Origin: Callorhinchus milii
Taxonomy: Eukaryota
Length of the DNA stretch: 64,000 nucleotides
Assembly: GCF_018977255.1 (NCBI RefSeq)
Contig: NW_024704743.1
Coordinates: forward strand, 56,112,001 to 56,176,000
Direction of reading: 5' to 3'
Shown here: positions 28,227 to 42,788 of the stretch, piece by piece
Layout: each line of letters begins with the position of its first letter
How positions within the stretch are numbered: position 1 is the first letter of the stretch
Notes under the pieces: generated by a model
What the model was told of the DNA's origin: nothing
Database searches by the model: none
Seen by the model: only the letters and a program-made list of their open reading frames with translations
Position numbers and translations under genes: made by a program

Positions 28227-31200
28227 AGTGGTGTCCTTGTAGTTTGTTAAAGTATGAGTTGAGGATTTTTTGTTCCTCAGTCTCATGTGTTGATTGACTT
28301 TGGGAGATGCCCAAATTCAGGAATAAGAATGGTTGCTTTACATTAGTTTGTTTGTGCTATACTGTGTTCTGGAAAAACTTATTTTTATTGTTTCACAAAT
28401 GGATGACTTCTTGAAATGGTATCTTGGTGCACTATTTTACAGTACTTTGCTCAAGTGAGATGTATTTGAGTCTGAAGTTACCATTCGTTGCGTTGCAATA
28501 TATTACAGGCATTTGCTATGTTTATGTAGGAACCAATGATGTAGAAAAGAGTAAATGTTAGGTCCTACAGTGAGTACTGGTTTATCAATATTGCTGCTGA
28601 CCAAATCTCAGCATTTGGACAAAAACTTGCATCAAACCCATCTTCACTTTTCTCTCAGTGAAAAAGCAGTTCAGCTTTCCTATTCTGTAATAACACTTGA
28701 TAATTGCCCCTTTATTGAGTAAAGTCTCAAATCTCTTCACATAACTAGTTGCTTTGAAGTGTAATGCCAATCATGTAGCTGCTTCTCTATGCTGGTGACA
28801 TTTCCCAAACTGAGATAAATAATGAAATTTCTTGGTTAAATGCTTTTGATTGTCACTTTTCTCTGTACTCAAACCATCTTGTGTCCTTTTGCAATTGCAT
28901 ACAATTATTTCAGTTGTGTCCTCTATGTATGATTAGAACATTTAGAAAATGTTCAGGTTTTTCATGAAATCATTTGAAATGTAACTCAGTATTTGATGTA
29001 ACTTTTTTGATAGCTGCTTCATATTCCATGATAATTTGTTAACGGTTATTTCTTCATTAAGTATACATTTGCTATTTCTTATTTCAATATTCATTACCAA
29101 AACTGTTTCATCTTTCACTGGATTGACTATATATTCAATTATAGTACTTAACATGAATTCTTGGAGGTGTTGGAAACGGCTTCTCTTCTCCCCCTATAAT
29201 TGCCCACCAAAAAAAAATTTCAGTTGAAGAGACGGTCTTGAGGTCAGTTTTAAAAGGAAGGGATGGATGGGGAACATGAAGCAGACCAGTGTTTGCTGAA
29301 CTGGAGTGACCAGATCAGTAGGTTTGCAGGAGGTCTGAAATAGGGTGGGTAATGAATGTAGTGGATGGATTTAAGGACTAATAACTTAGAACAAAAGAAC
29401 ATAAGAATTTGCTAGTTGAAAGAAGACCAAGGTCCATTTAGTTCATCTTCCACTATCCTGACAGTCACTTGACATGTTTCCCAAACTATATACTGCATCC
29501 TAAAACATTATTTTCTAGAATTTTATATGCTGTGGGACAGAAGCCATCTTAGCTGTGAAGAGATCCCATTTCTCTACCCACACCCCAGTACAGTTGTGAA
29601 TCTGATCCTTACTAATGAGACTCCCCAAACACAGTCTAAAGTAAGAAAACACAGGAATATGTGCATCTCACATATTTCTAATACCGGTTCTATTGCTGTT
29701 ACTGTACACTTGTTCCTGTAATCTATTATGCAACAGCTTCCACAACTGGTGGTAGCTCAGATACTGAGGCTTTTTTCAGGTTTTTCAATTATCAGCATCC
29801 CCAGTCCCTGTGGGAACACTGCCTGTGCCCCTCTTCATCAGTAATTCATGGAATTGTCATGATTGCTTGTACAACCATGTTGTACATTATAATAGCCCTT
29901 GCTTATATTGCTAGATTGTGATAGTTCTTAACTGATTCCACTGCCCTTACTATCATTTTTACCTTTTCCGTTTTTCTGCTTGTTCTGTATTTGGACAATT
30001 CAGGGTGCCTTACTTGGGCTGTAATAACCTCTTTAAAAGGAAGAGTATATGAACTTGCAGCATCTTGGGTTCAATCCTAAAACATCAGCTGTTAGGGACA
30101 GACTCTTAGGATTTATCATAGTAATTGCAGTTTAGAAATAAGATGTTCAGCCAAGTAAACTGGTACTGGCCAACCACTGGAGCCACCCACTATAATTCTA
30201 ATTTATTGGTTTTTCACCATTTATTTTTATATTCTTCATCTTTCCTATACCTGCTGTATCTTCCTTTTCAAAGCTTCTCATGGAAGATTTATGAATAATA
30301 TGAAAATTAAAAATTGGGTTTCCTAAAGCCAGTGAAATTTCCCTAGATTCATCTAGTTTTGCTTGGTTGAATTGAAAATGTTCCTACCCCTTGATCAGAA
30401 ATTTGAGGGTTCCAGCATTAGCCCTGCCATGTCTAAATGTGATCTTATTCTCGATTGATATTAAAGTTCAGTACTGGGCAACACTCATTTGTCTGAGAAG
30501 TGAACTTTAGGTGAAACATGGTCATTCACGTCAAGGTTGAATATGGGACTTTTCTGTGCACACATTCGCTGCTAAATTCATCTAAAATAGTCACATAGAC
30601 TTCACAGAAACTCTGAATTGTTCAAGTGCTATACCAAATACATGGATTATTTATAAGGTTGTTTGAAGCAATATGTGGGTGCAAAATGGTGCGTTTCCTA
30701 CAAAAAATGGTCATGGTGCTTCATAATAATTATCTGGCAAACACATTGAGACATTTAATGAAAGTTCAAGTTCTTTTTTTCTCTCTAATTGGTTGTGGTC
30801 TATGTTCCTAATGTCACAGTTATGTGGAAAAAAACTGCATTTTTTGAACAAATGAATATAATTCAAAGAAACTAGTCACTTAGCAACTGAGGTCAGGTCA
30901 AAATGTCATAAAATAGTGAAATATAAGGCATTGCATATCTATGCTAAGAATAGCGAATGGGAATAAAGCAAAGGATCTATAATTAAAGCGCAGCAGGATA
31001 AAGAGTTGATAAGATGTTGACAGCATTGGTAATTGCTGCCATACAATTGACAAGGCAAATAGAACGATAGAGTGCGGCATTTAAATTGTTCTGTTCAAAG
31101 TATTTTTAAGAAACATCAAGCCTTTAATAATCTACTGTTCATATTAATTATTTGTACCTTAAGGCAAAGGTGGTTGCAGAGTAGGATTGTTATAATAAAT

Positions 31201-32186
31201 GGAACATGATCTGTACAATTTAATAGTGCTTTGTATTTTTGTGCATGATGGATACTTTTTTAAAGGCATAGTGGGGTGGGGGGGGTTGAATTGTACATTT
31301 GTATATGTTTTCGTCCACACGCATGCCCTTTCCATTGATATTTCTTTTGCTCAAATGTGAATTTGCCGATTTCAGTAGTTTTTTGTTGAATTCTTCCAAA
31401 CTGTCATGTCTTTAATTTGTCATTGCCGCCCACTTCCCTTCTTGGGTTTTCTTCTGCATTGGATCAATGCTATATTTATCACCTAGACTGTTTGTTGAGA
31501 GAGTCTGTTCCACACATTTGCTTCTCTGGCATGGGGCAAACATCTTAAGCTTTGTTTATTTACTCCCTTCTCTTTTGAAATAGAACTATGGGATGTGTAG
31601 TCACTCAATGGGCAGACCAGATCTTGGCTCATCTGAGGGACAGCACCTCCAACAATGCAGCTCACCCTGAGCACTGCATTGGAGTGTCAGCATGAGCTAT
31701 GAGTTCAAAGTTCCCATGTAGGGTGTGAACCTAAAATCCAACTCCTAGATGAGTGCTACAAACTGAGCCAGACTGACAACTAAATGCACACTAGTGAATC
31801 TGGCTGTGCTATTGTTCAAATTCCCATTTATTTATTTGTAGCTCCCTATTCTATCTGTTTTCATTAATGTAACTGATCAATTTTGCTCAAGTCATACTTT
31901 CCTTCTGCTATTCCTTCAAAACCCTTTACCTTGCCAGTTCTTAATTGGTAACTCTATTCCAAGTTTCTACCAACTCCCTACTGATTAACTTCTGAGCCAT
32001 CTTCATGCTCTACATCCTGTTTGCCTGTTCTGCAGCTCCCCTCAGTCTATTCGTAAAAGCTTTGTTGATGTTCTCTGCCTTTCATCCTTTTTTCTATTTC
32101 CCACTAAACTCCTGCCTGAAGCACTGCTATTCACCTTAAGTACTAAGTGGTAGTATTGCAGGTCTGATAGTTGGCCTGCCCAGCAC

Positions 32187-32512
32187 ATAATAATAATCCT
32201 TGCATTTGATATATAGCGCCTTATCACATCTTCGCAACATCTCAAAGCACTTCACAGAATATATTCTAAAGTGAATAGACTATATATTTTGTGGGAAACA
32301 CACATAAACAGTCGTGGATTGAGTGACCAATTTATTATTATTTCTTTCGAATAAATTATTACCTCCGTAAAAGCAATTGGCCAATCATCCAACAGCCGGG
32401 TTCCTACTTACTGCTAGGTAAACAGAGGCGTACAACATTTTGCCTTGCTGGGAATCGAACCCAAGTCTCTTGCTAGCAAGGCGAGCGCTCTACCCATTGA
32501 GCTACAGGACTC
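32187..32512 (-). mobile_element. SINE, long subfamily with internal deletions
   Basis: Head gagctacaggactcc, internal gggttcctacttactgctaggtaaacag, tail aataataatccttgcatttgat. Confidence 0.82.
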
Positions 32513-32782
32513 CACATGCGTTTTATGCTTCCCAGAAGCTGAAACTTTCATCAACTTCTTTGATTCATGGTTCACCAAACACTCTTCACTAACCTCCTCA
32601 ACCACATTCACCACTTTCTTCCAAAGCTCCTTCATGTCACTTTCTACTTTCTTTGAAAATATTTTTGTTTGTCTTTCGTCAACACCCTTAAATTGTCTCC
32701 CTGAAGTGCATTGTAGATGTTCACTCTATGTGAAAGGTGTATTAGTTAATAGTTAATAACACAAAATTAGATTTCTAACGAA

Positions 32783-33580
32783 CCTTTCATATCAGGAGGA
32801 CATCCCAAGGCGCTGGACGGATAGAGTTACGGACCCGAGCTGGGGGTGGGGAAGGGTGCAGGGTAGGGGGGGAAGCATGGTTGAAGGGGCGGGTCTTGAG
32901 ATGGGTCTTGAAGGTGGCGAGGGAGGGGGCGAGGCGGAGGGACTGCAGGATGGAGTTCCAGAGGGTGGGGGCAGAGTGGCGGAAGGCCTGCCTGCCAGTA
33001 ATGGGGTGAGCAAGGCTGGATATGTGAAGCAGGCTGGAGCCCGCTGAGCAGAGGGAGCGAACAGGATGGTAGGGAGTTAGACGTCACAGAGGTAGGGAGG
33101 AGCAAGACTGTGGAGGTCTTTGAATGTGAGGACCAGGATCTTGAACTGTATCCTCTATGTGATGGGAAGCCAGTGGAGTCGGGTGAGGTTGGGGATGATA
33201 GGTCGCGGAGCCTAATGCGAAAGAGGACATGGGCTGCAGAGTTCTGGATGATTTGCAGCCTGTGGAGGGAGTAGTTGAGGAGGCCGACAAGCAATGAGTT
33301 TACATATTCGAGTCTCGATGTAATGAAACCATGTATGAGGGTTTCGGCAGCCTGTGGTGTAAGGCAGTGGTGGAGCTGGGCGACATTATGGAGGTGGGGG
33401 AAGGCAGAACGGGTCATGGCGCAGATGTGGAGTAGAAATGATAGTTGAGGGTCAAAGAAGACCCCAAGGTTCCGGACTGGTTTAGCAAGGTGGAGTGTGC
33501 AACCCTGGATGGTGATGTTGTCAGCGCCTGAGGTGAGGAGGCGCTGACGGAAGTAATCAGGAGAGCCTCGGTCTTGTTGT
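32783..33580 (-). mobile_element. L2 LINE 3' fragment
   Basis: ORF 32827-33609: KPVRNLGVFFDPQLSF..AETLIHGFITSRLEYVNSLL..LQIIQNSAA. Same tail type. Confidence 0.9.
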
Positions 33581-36299
33581 ATACTATCAATAATGATAGT
33601 CATTAACATTTGGTGTAGTACCTTTCATGTCTGGAGGATATGCTGTAAAGTGCAGTGACTCTGTGTTTGTGAACGAGTGAAACAGCCAATTTGTGCACAA
33701 ATATTCGTTAAATATGTTAATTATGATCCTCTGATAACTAGTCACCTTGGATATCTTGTAACTCATCAGGGTTTTACTTTAGACAGTGTTTCCGTGTAAG
33801 ATACTTCTGATAACTAACGCAAAGCAAATCCCCAGTTGCAACAAAGCATAAACTGCTGAGCACTACAATTAATGATCGGATAACAAAATAATAATAATTT
33901 GGTCACTCAATCCATGACTGTTTGTGGGTCACTGCTGTGGCAATTGGCTGCCGTGTTTCGCCCACAAATTACAGTTAATTCCATTTACAGTATATTCTGT
34001 GAAGTGCTTTGGACGTCTCAAAGACGGGATAAGGCACTATATCAAATGCTAGGATTATTATTACAAGGATTAATATTAAAATATTTATCAGTGGCCACAC
34101 TAATTACTAAATAAAGTACTGTTACAGAGTGGCCATGTAAAGTACAATTAATAGTGATACTTTGAATAACTTGTCAACTCTGATGAGTTGTCATTTGAGT
34201 TATTTCCCTTTGGGTGACAAGTTATCAGAGGTTCACTGTTCAATGATGGCTATTCCTTATGTTATGTCATTACTTCTGAGTCACTTCTTTTTAATTTTTT
34301 TTTATTTCTGCTGGTGCTGCCTTCCTCACTCTATCTGTCGTATTTCTGTTCAGTCAGTTATATCTCAACACTGCACAATTAATGTTGATTTGATGTGCTC
34401 AGAACAAATCAATGCTTAAAGTGCATTCGGTGAATCAAGTTTCAAATCACCAGTGTAACCTAGGGAATTGAATTGTGCATTGGCAGTGCAGTATAAAACA
34501 GATAATGCACTTATTTAAAAAATTATTTAAAATTATTATTTGACGTACTGGTGACTATACCTGAATGCAAAAGTCTAACATGATATCAACATCCAAGATA
34601 AACTCTATAGAGAGCTATGTTCACTGGAAACTTATTTTTGCCTAATCTGTTTGCCTGTTGCCTGCACTGTATGTTTGCACTTTGAGATGATCCATGATGC
34701 TGGTAACTTTTTCTAATGCATGTATTCTATATTCTTGGAAGTTTACACTCCATTGTCGCTCCCTAAAGTCTTCCCCTGCTGATTCATCTCTTACTGCTGC
34801 AAGTTGTTGTTGTGTTTGTTGGATGCAGTATTCAAACACAAAATACAGTCACAACATGTTGCAGTAAATCCAGAACAACTAGTTGGAGATGTATCTAAAC
34901 AGATGAGTAATACCTTACAGCTGACTCAACATTAGCTAATTTCTGTAACAAAGCACAAACTGTTTTACTTCTCAATACGCTTTCAAATATGTTCTGCTTC
35001 GAGTAGGTTGCAACAGGTTGAACTGGTGGAAGGGGGAATAAAGGGTAATCCCTTTTATTTATTTATTCCTCCTTTCACTCAAATGAGTGAATAAATAGGA
35101 GGAATTACTTTTTATTCAAAATGCTCGTTTTAGAAAATACACTTTAAATATAATTCTACATCCAAAACACGTTATGGTTCAAAGAAGCTCCCTGTGACTA
35201 TTCTCCTTCTTGATCAGAATTGTTGCAGCGGTGAATAAAGTTTGATGAGGGTGAGGTTTTTTGTGTGTGTGGTGTGTAAGAAGAAAGGGAGAGACAAAAA
35301 AAACAGCTGACTTTGGAACTGTGCAATCCCATGATCTGCCAAATATACAGGATTGCTCAGCCAGAGCGGCAAATTTCCCAGTGGGCGAACGGCTCCAGAA
35401 GGCCACTCAGCTGATCCAAAGTCATGTTACCAATAAACTCAATGGTGAGGTATGGCTCCTCCCTGCAATCTGCATTACTTAGGTGGCCTAGTGGAAGAGG
35501 AAGGTTCCAGGGAGCACCTTCAAGCATAATTTCTCACTTTTTGAGAAAATATTCTAAGTGCAATAATATACTCCAATTATACCCTCATTTCTCCCTCCTC
35601 CTTCTCAACCATCACCTGAACAAGCAGAGGACTTTGGTTTAATGCATCATCCAAAGGGCAGCATCTTCAACAATACCTTAATGCTTCCAAAGCACTGTAT
35701 TGGAGTGCTATCTTATACTCTGGGTTCACCATCTCATCAAGCATCGTGAACCTACAACCCTCTGAGTAACCGGTGATAATGCTTTCAACTGAGCCAGACT
35801 GACGCACAAACTTGGCAACTGAAACACTTAGGTGTAGATGCTAATTAGGGCCTAGACCTAATGTGAGTGAAATTGGGTAATCAGGGTAAAAGTGAGAAAA
35901 CTAGTGTTTTTTAAACAGTTTAAGAAATCAGTGATGAAATCAATGATTATGAAATAGCTCCTACCAAACTAGAATTGTTGTGCTAACTCACGTGCTAATT
36001 CTTGCTCTTCCATTTCCCCTGGCTTGTTTTACACATCACATCATTTCTAAAAGCTGCCAATGAAACATAGTTGCACTTGTTGGCTTAAATATTTATATAG
36101 CATAATTCAATTAGTGACAACTATACAATGCATCTTTTTTCCATTTTTAAGGGGTGGGAGAGAAAATCTTTTGAGTTTAGTTACTATTTCTTTGGTTCTA
36201 ACGCCAGTAAATAAGAAATTGTTTGCTTAGATAATGTCTCACTCCATGCCAGTTTGGACTTGCTCATCCCTGAATCATTCCTGTGCACCAGCCCAGCTG

Positions 36300-36690
36300 A
36301 GTTAGCAGCACTGTTGCCTCTGAGTCAGAATGTGGGTTCAGGACCCCATTGGGACTTTGAACTCAGTCTCGACTGACACACCAGTGCAGTGTAAGGGGTA
36401 TGCTGCATTATTGAAGGTGATGTCCTTCAGTTAAGATATTAAAAAGAAATTCTGTCAGCTTGTTCAGGTGGCTTTGGTAGATACCATGGCCCTATTTTAA
36501 AAAGGAAAATAAGTTTCTTCCGATGTCCTGGCCAACAATTCCTCCCAAAAAATTGGTCTTTCACTTCATGGCTGTTTGTGGGACATTGCTGTGCACAAAT
36601 TGGCTGCCGCATTTGCCTACAAATATACAGTGACTACACTTTGAGATATTTCAATGATAAAAGACATTGTCACATGTAAGGATTATTATA
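36300..36690 (+). mobile_element. Older Deu-domain-like SINE
   Basis: gcactgttgcctctgagtcagaatgtgggttcag..gctgtttgtgggacattgctgtgcacaaattggctgccgc..ggattatta. A similar degenerate copy lies at about 21425-21950. Confidence 0.72.
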
Positions 36691-37399
36691 ATGACTAGAA
36701 TTAGTGAGCTGGGGATGTTTCCCAGCCTTGCGTTACACATCAACTGTTGATTACAGTTCACACATTGATCATGTAGTATATTACGGTCCAGAGCAGGTGG
36801 CATGTTGCATGGTGGGATAGCTGCTGCTTCTTTGCCATCGATTTGAGACACTTGTACAGCCTCTCGCGGCATCAGTGCAAGTTTTCACACCTGTTACACC
36901 ATCCATCCTGTATCTCTTGAGTGAACTTGTCAATTTTTAGTGTTGAATTTAGGGCAATTTAGTGCCCATGGCCAATTTGGCCTAATATCAGGCTGATCAC
37001 TCACTTCACAGCTAGTAGACTTCCATCCCCTCACCATGGATTGAATCTGAGCCCAGGTCCTAACGGTTTGAGCTGCTGCTCTTGCCATTTCCCACTAACT
37101 TTGAAATTACAAAATAAATTGATTGTCCACATGCTGCAGGAGTGTAGTAAATTAAATATTCCAACTCTCTCCCCATGGCCTGGCAGGATGAGCTGCCATG
37201 CCCACAGGACCCATCGCATCTTTTGATCAGACCTCAACATGTGCAATTACCACACATAATAAATAAACATCACTATTATTACAATTGTAGTGTTCCACCT
37301 AGTTTCTTAATTTTTGCAAATTCATCTTTTTAAATTCAGTTTTTCACAGAGAACCTCTATGCAAACTGCTGAGTGGCTGGTGAGGCTGATTGACCATTC

Positions 37400-37771
37400 T
37401 ATAATAATAATAATCCTTGCATTTGATATAGAGCCGTATCACATCTTTGAGACGTTTCAAAGAGCTTCACGGAATATACTGTATAGTGAATTTGCTGTAG
37501 TTTGTGAGCGAAATGCGGCAGCTAATTGCACGCAGCAGTGTCCCACAAACAGTCGTAGATTGACTACCAAATTATTACTCTTTTTTAACGGATTATTACC
37601 CCCGGAAAAGCAATCTGCCAATCGACTGACATTCGGGTTCCTACTTACCTTTAGGTAAGCAAAGGCATGTGGAGTAAGGAATCTTACCCAAAGTTTCACC
37701 CTACCCGGAAATCGAACACCGGTCCTCTTGCTTGCAATGCGCGTGTGCTATCCACTAAGCTACAGGACTCC
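37400..37771 (-). mobile_element. Full-length SINE, long subfamily
   Basis: Ends gctacaggactcc (reverse complement of the head). Contains the extra internal segment gggttcctacttac..taggtaa. (AAT)n tail. Confidence 0.88.
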
Positions 37772-40700
37772 ATGAACTTCAGTAACCTATATTCTCTGCA
37801 ATTTTAAAAAAATAATGTATTGGGAGGCAATCTACAAATTATAATCTTCAGGTTCAAAGTATTATTGCTATTTTGGTCAAGCTATATTCTCCTGAAAGAA
37901 TAATGACTTTTTCTGCCTCCTGTGGATAGTCCAGTTACCCAGGTGTCACCGATGACCTCTCCAAATGGCCATTATTTTGTGTGAGCCTTGAAAGCAATTG
38001 TTACTACAGGAAAGCTCTGTCATACAACAGAAGTTTGGGGGAACCATGAGATCACAACCAATCCCCTTCTACAAATGTTGTGCATGTGAACAGCAAGATG
38101 GTTAACTTCAAAACATTGGTTGGCATTTTGCATTCTTTATTTAAAAAAANGGCTCTTCCATATAGGAAATGATAATAGCAGTGACGTGTTAACTCTGAAG
38201 TTGGCCAGTTCTTAAGTGTGCACGAAGCTGCCATTTTGAAGTGAGCCATCCAGATTTCTACATTCACTGTGGTTTTTGTGGTAAGTAAATAAATGTTGGA
38301 TTCCCAAAAATGTGTATTATAACTGGTTCCAATGTAGTATATTCAATGTTGGGGGCATCACCTGTGAATGAATTTTCCATGCAACATGCCTTGTCTATCA
38401 AGGCTTTGTTGAATACTTACATAGCCAATAGTTAGAATGAGGCTGAGGTTTCTTGAAATTCCCGTTTCAAGACCTATTCAATATCTACTTGACATTTTAC
38501 CTAATACAAGTCTCATTGACATTATCAGTTTGAGAAGCTGAATGTTTGTTACTAGAGATTACAAGATATACTGTAAAGTGGATTGAGGGTAATGTTCCAA
38601 GAGGTGGGGGGAAGCAGAACGGGTCATGGTATTTTATGGGTGAAACAAGGCAGCCAGATGCACACAACAATCTCCCACAAACAGCCATGGAAATAAAAAA
38701 AACTTATTTTATTTGGCCAGGACACCGGGAGAACTCCCTTCTCTTTTCGAATAGTGCCATGGTATCTTTAATATCCACCCGAACAGACAGATGGGACTTC
38801 AGTCTAAAGTCTCATCTGACAATGTTACATACACCCAGCACTGCATTGGATTGTCAGCTTAGACTATATGATTCCAAGTCCTGATGTAGGGCTTGATCCA
38901 TACAAGACAATTTTTTTTAAGTTGCATTGAACCAACAAATCCAAAACCTAAGGAGTTTTTCCCAATATCCTGGCCAATAATTACCTAGATAAAATTAGTC
39001 ATTCAGTTCATAGCTGTTTTTGTTACACTGTAGTGTGCAAATTAAGTGCTGAATTCACCTACAAATAGTCACTAAATAGTCACGACTTCGTAGTAAAATC
39101 CTGTGAAGCACTTCGAGACATTTTGATGATATAAGATGCTATAATCAAATGCATTATTGTTACATTAGGAATTGCAAATTATAGATTAAGACCCAGAGCT
39201 TCATTCTATTGGAAATTAAATCCATTCTTTTTATCTGTAGGTTTTGTAAAACCTGTAGGCAGATTTTATTATATTTATTGCAATTGTGGTTAAATAATAC
39301 ATTAACTGTTAATCTTTTGTACATTTAGAATGAGTGCTTGCAATTGATAAATTTAATAGTATCTAAATTTAAGGACCTATTGATTTTATTTATTAACGTT
39401 GCTAAGATATACAGTTCATATTTTGTATTTAGCAAATGAATGTACATTACTGTCCAATTAAGTTGTGGCCTAGTATGTTTTGCTCACGTTAAATTATCCA
39501 GCAATAATTTGAGCATTGTAGGTATAATCACATCACCTCAGGATCGCAAAACTTGTTCATTTCTGTATCTGAAAGAAGAGTTTATTTTTACATCGGGTTA
39601 AAACAGCACTCCTCAGGAAACTGGACCAACTAGTTCAGTTGATAGCACTCTTGCCATGCTATTGTCAGTTCAAACCCCACATCGGAAGTTTTGGGAGAAT
39701 TGCTGGTATGAGCAAATTGGTTGCTGGATTTTGACTACAAATAGTCACTTTACAGTAAAATTCTGTGAAGCACTTTGTGGCATTTGAAATTGACAAGGTG
39801 CTATAACTATTAATATCATAAGAAATCTGGAAATATGCAATTTGTATCCACTTAGTGTCTTAAATTTGAGACTCTTATGCATCTAAGCATCCAACTCACT
39901 TTTTATGCTGTTTGTAGTGTATGGAAAAATACCTGGTCTGTCTGTTCAACATCTAACCAAAAACAGCAAAGTGTGATTGCAAAAATATGAAAGCATGCTT
40001 CAGGATGCTGAAGAACTTGTCAGCTGGGAATAGAAACATGTGGAGAATCTCAAATTCCAGCTATTGATGACTCTCGGAAGTAACTTGTCTACACCCTATG
40101 GACAGAAGAATCTATTATAGAAGCTGGGGCAGGAGAAAAGAAGAGGTTGGGTATTGTGTGTACAGTCTATTTGGGAGTTGGGGGAAGGAAGGAAACGATG
40201 TAATCTGTTGGAGGGGAGGCCTAAGAGATGAGAGGGAACATGCTGCTTACCTGTGCTTTAAGAACAGCACATACTATTCCATGTTCTCTGTTAAGTGGGA
40301 TACAGTAATTGTGATCCTCTGCAGATTTGACAGGTTTGTATGAGAGAGTCTTGTTCTAAGAACTTCTGACTTCATTCAAACTTTTTAAAAAGAATATACA
40401 AGTTCTTGAGTATCGTGTTGGAGTGACATTGCAATATCATTCTCAGTGAGAACAGTTCATTCCAAGGCTTGATACGTGTGCCTGCTTTGATTCTACTTTG
40501 ACCCTACTGCTGTTCGATGAACGTTGACATCAGAGGCTGCAAGCAAACGTTATTGACAGTTTTAATTTCATGGGTGTTGATCCCTTGTAGTACTCTGTCT
40601 GACTTATATTGCTTTGCACCAAAGTACATGCCATTTTGTCAAATGGTCCAGCCACTGCTATATTGAGGTACCCGAGTTAAATACATGAAGACCATATGCA

Positions 40701-41690
40701 TTTGGCAATAAATTTTGTGGAGGTGCTGATGGATGGATGGATGGATGACTTGTGATAAAAGAACAGTTCAGGCTTTTGCAACAACATATTGCCTTGGAGC
40801 AGTAGCTATAACTGCAGCAGCCACAAAGAAACCAGAGATGTTGATCTAAGTTCTCCCTGTGCAGGAATCTTGATCACAGAATGTTATGGAAAATCATTTC
40901 TTAAAAGCAGTCAGGGTGGGATAAAGATTGAAAATGTACTGTGCACATTAAAATGATCATGTGAATGGGGGAATGAATAGTACAATAGCAGTAACAAAAA
41001 GTGAGTCTTGAGACGTCAGAAATCATTTATCGAAGATTATTTTGATTGCCTTTTTATTCAAGTGGTTTGAATTGACAGAACATGGGAATGTAAAGACCCC
41101 TGCAGTAATGATGGTTTAGCCTGGAGACAATTCAAGATTCTACTTCCAAGCAGACACACTGAATATTTGCAAAGGTGGGAAGTGCTTGTTTTGGCCGAGG
41201 TCCAGCCACTGGAATCAGTGGAATCAGTGGATACAATGGAATCATTGTAAAGTTAAAAATGAGGACAAGGATCTTAAACTCAATCCTCTGGGGGATGGGT
41301 ACCTGTGAAGCCAGGCGAGGATAAGGATGATCAGCTCACGGAGCTTGATGTGGGAGAGGACACAAACTGCAGGGTTCTGAATAATCTGCAGCTTGTGTAA
41401 GAAGCTGAGAAAATAACCTCAGACCCAGAATAGGAATTAGTAAAAAAATACAGCAGGTGGAGTTGGCAGGGGAAGAGGAAAGCTAAAGAGAGCCTGGAGT
41501 GGATATGTTGATCTTCATTTAGAACCTGTAAAGTTAAAGCTGTTCTGAAAGATAAAATAAGGAATAACAAATTTAATGTTACATCACGGCTATCATTGTA
41601 ACAATTCACAACTTGTGTAAGGAAGAACCCCTGAAACTGCAAATTTAATTTACCTCAGCGTGTAAATGTGTGTTCAGTTTAATGCCGGTG

Positions 41691-41845
41691 TCCATGTTGC
41701 GAAACTGTTCTTTTAGGAACAAAATTGACAAAAAAATTGTTATGCACCAGTAAAACAGTGACATATCAGATGTGTCGCTGTTTTGCGAATGCACAACGCA
41801 CCTGCCTTGTCAGTTTTATTTCTATAAGAAGTTTCGCAATACGGA
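41691..41845. repeat. ~155-bp imperfect palindrome (MITE-like)
   Basis: tccatgttgcgaaactgttcttttaggaacaaaattgacaa pairs with ttgtcagttttatttctataagaagtttcgcaatacgga. Inner aaaacagtgacatatc pairs with gatgtgtcgctgtttt. Confidence 0.8.
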
Positions 41846-41849
41846 GTCT

Positions 41850-42788
41850 CAACAATTGCCTCATGGAGCATTCTTACTTTGGTTACACCTAACCCACTTC
41901 CGTCACCTATTGCCCCTTACTTTGGTTGCCACCCCATCCAGGTCCTTCTCCTACTGCGCAAGGTGGGGGGGGGGGGAAATCACTCCACTCCCTGCTGCCC
42001 CTTAGTCCTTCCTCCAGTAACTACCTTACTTTCTCAGTCCACCTCCTCAACAACTCCCTCTCTGTTATCTTTGCCACCTTGTCCCAATCAACTCCCGCAC
42101 CACCTTCTACTACCACAAGTAGAAGGTACACCAGCCAACTCCACCCTATCACAGGTGTGTGTTGCTGAACGCACCTAACATAAATCCAATCTACTGATTT
42201 GTCTGGACTGCATCAAAATCCACCACTGATCGCAGCTAAATTGTGGTTCTATTCCAAGATCATACTGGAGGCCAAGGACCACCTCAGGCACCTCATCACC
42301 ACAAACTAGCTTCTCGGCCCACCTTCCCATGTCTTGTCAATTCTCTCCTCCATCTGAGGAGGGATGATAGGACTTCCTCACGGGGAATCTGCTCTGCTCC
42401 CTCTGCCCTTGCTACCGCCACCCATCTCAACTAATCACGAGCTTCCACCTATCCCTTCTATCACATTTTTGATCCCCATCTCCCCCAACTTCCATCATTT
42501 TCTAAATGAAGCCCATCACCTGGTCCCTTGATCCTGTCCCTAACCTGCTACACCTCACTGAGCCAGTATGGAATCTTGGCAGCTTGTTCGACATAACTGT
42601 CCTTTAAACCCCACATTTATGCCCTGACCCATTCCGCCTTCCCCCACCTCTTGCAACTCCATGTCTCCGTCACTACGTCTCCCCTCAGTCTGGCAAGACT
42701 CATCTATACGTTCATCACATCCAGGCTTTACTATGCCAATCTCCTGCTCCCCGGACTTCCCAACTCTTCCTTGCACAAGCTGTAGATT
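41850..42788 (+). mobile_element. Degenerate, internally deleted L2 fragment
   Basis: C-rich sequence ending in the RLDY..NSLL..LHKLQ-equivalent region (ccaggctttactatgccaatctc..cacaagctgtagatt). Confidence 0.6.

Noticed and set aside
38150..38150. Single N base
   Set aside because: Assembly ambiguity after an A-run, not biological.
40400..40700. Possible RTE-clade LINE remnant on the - strand (QWLDHLT motif)
   Set aside because: A single weak motif, not supportable without a search.
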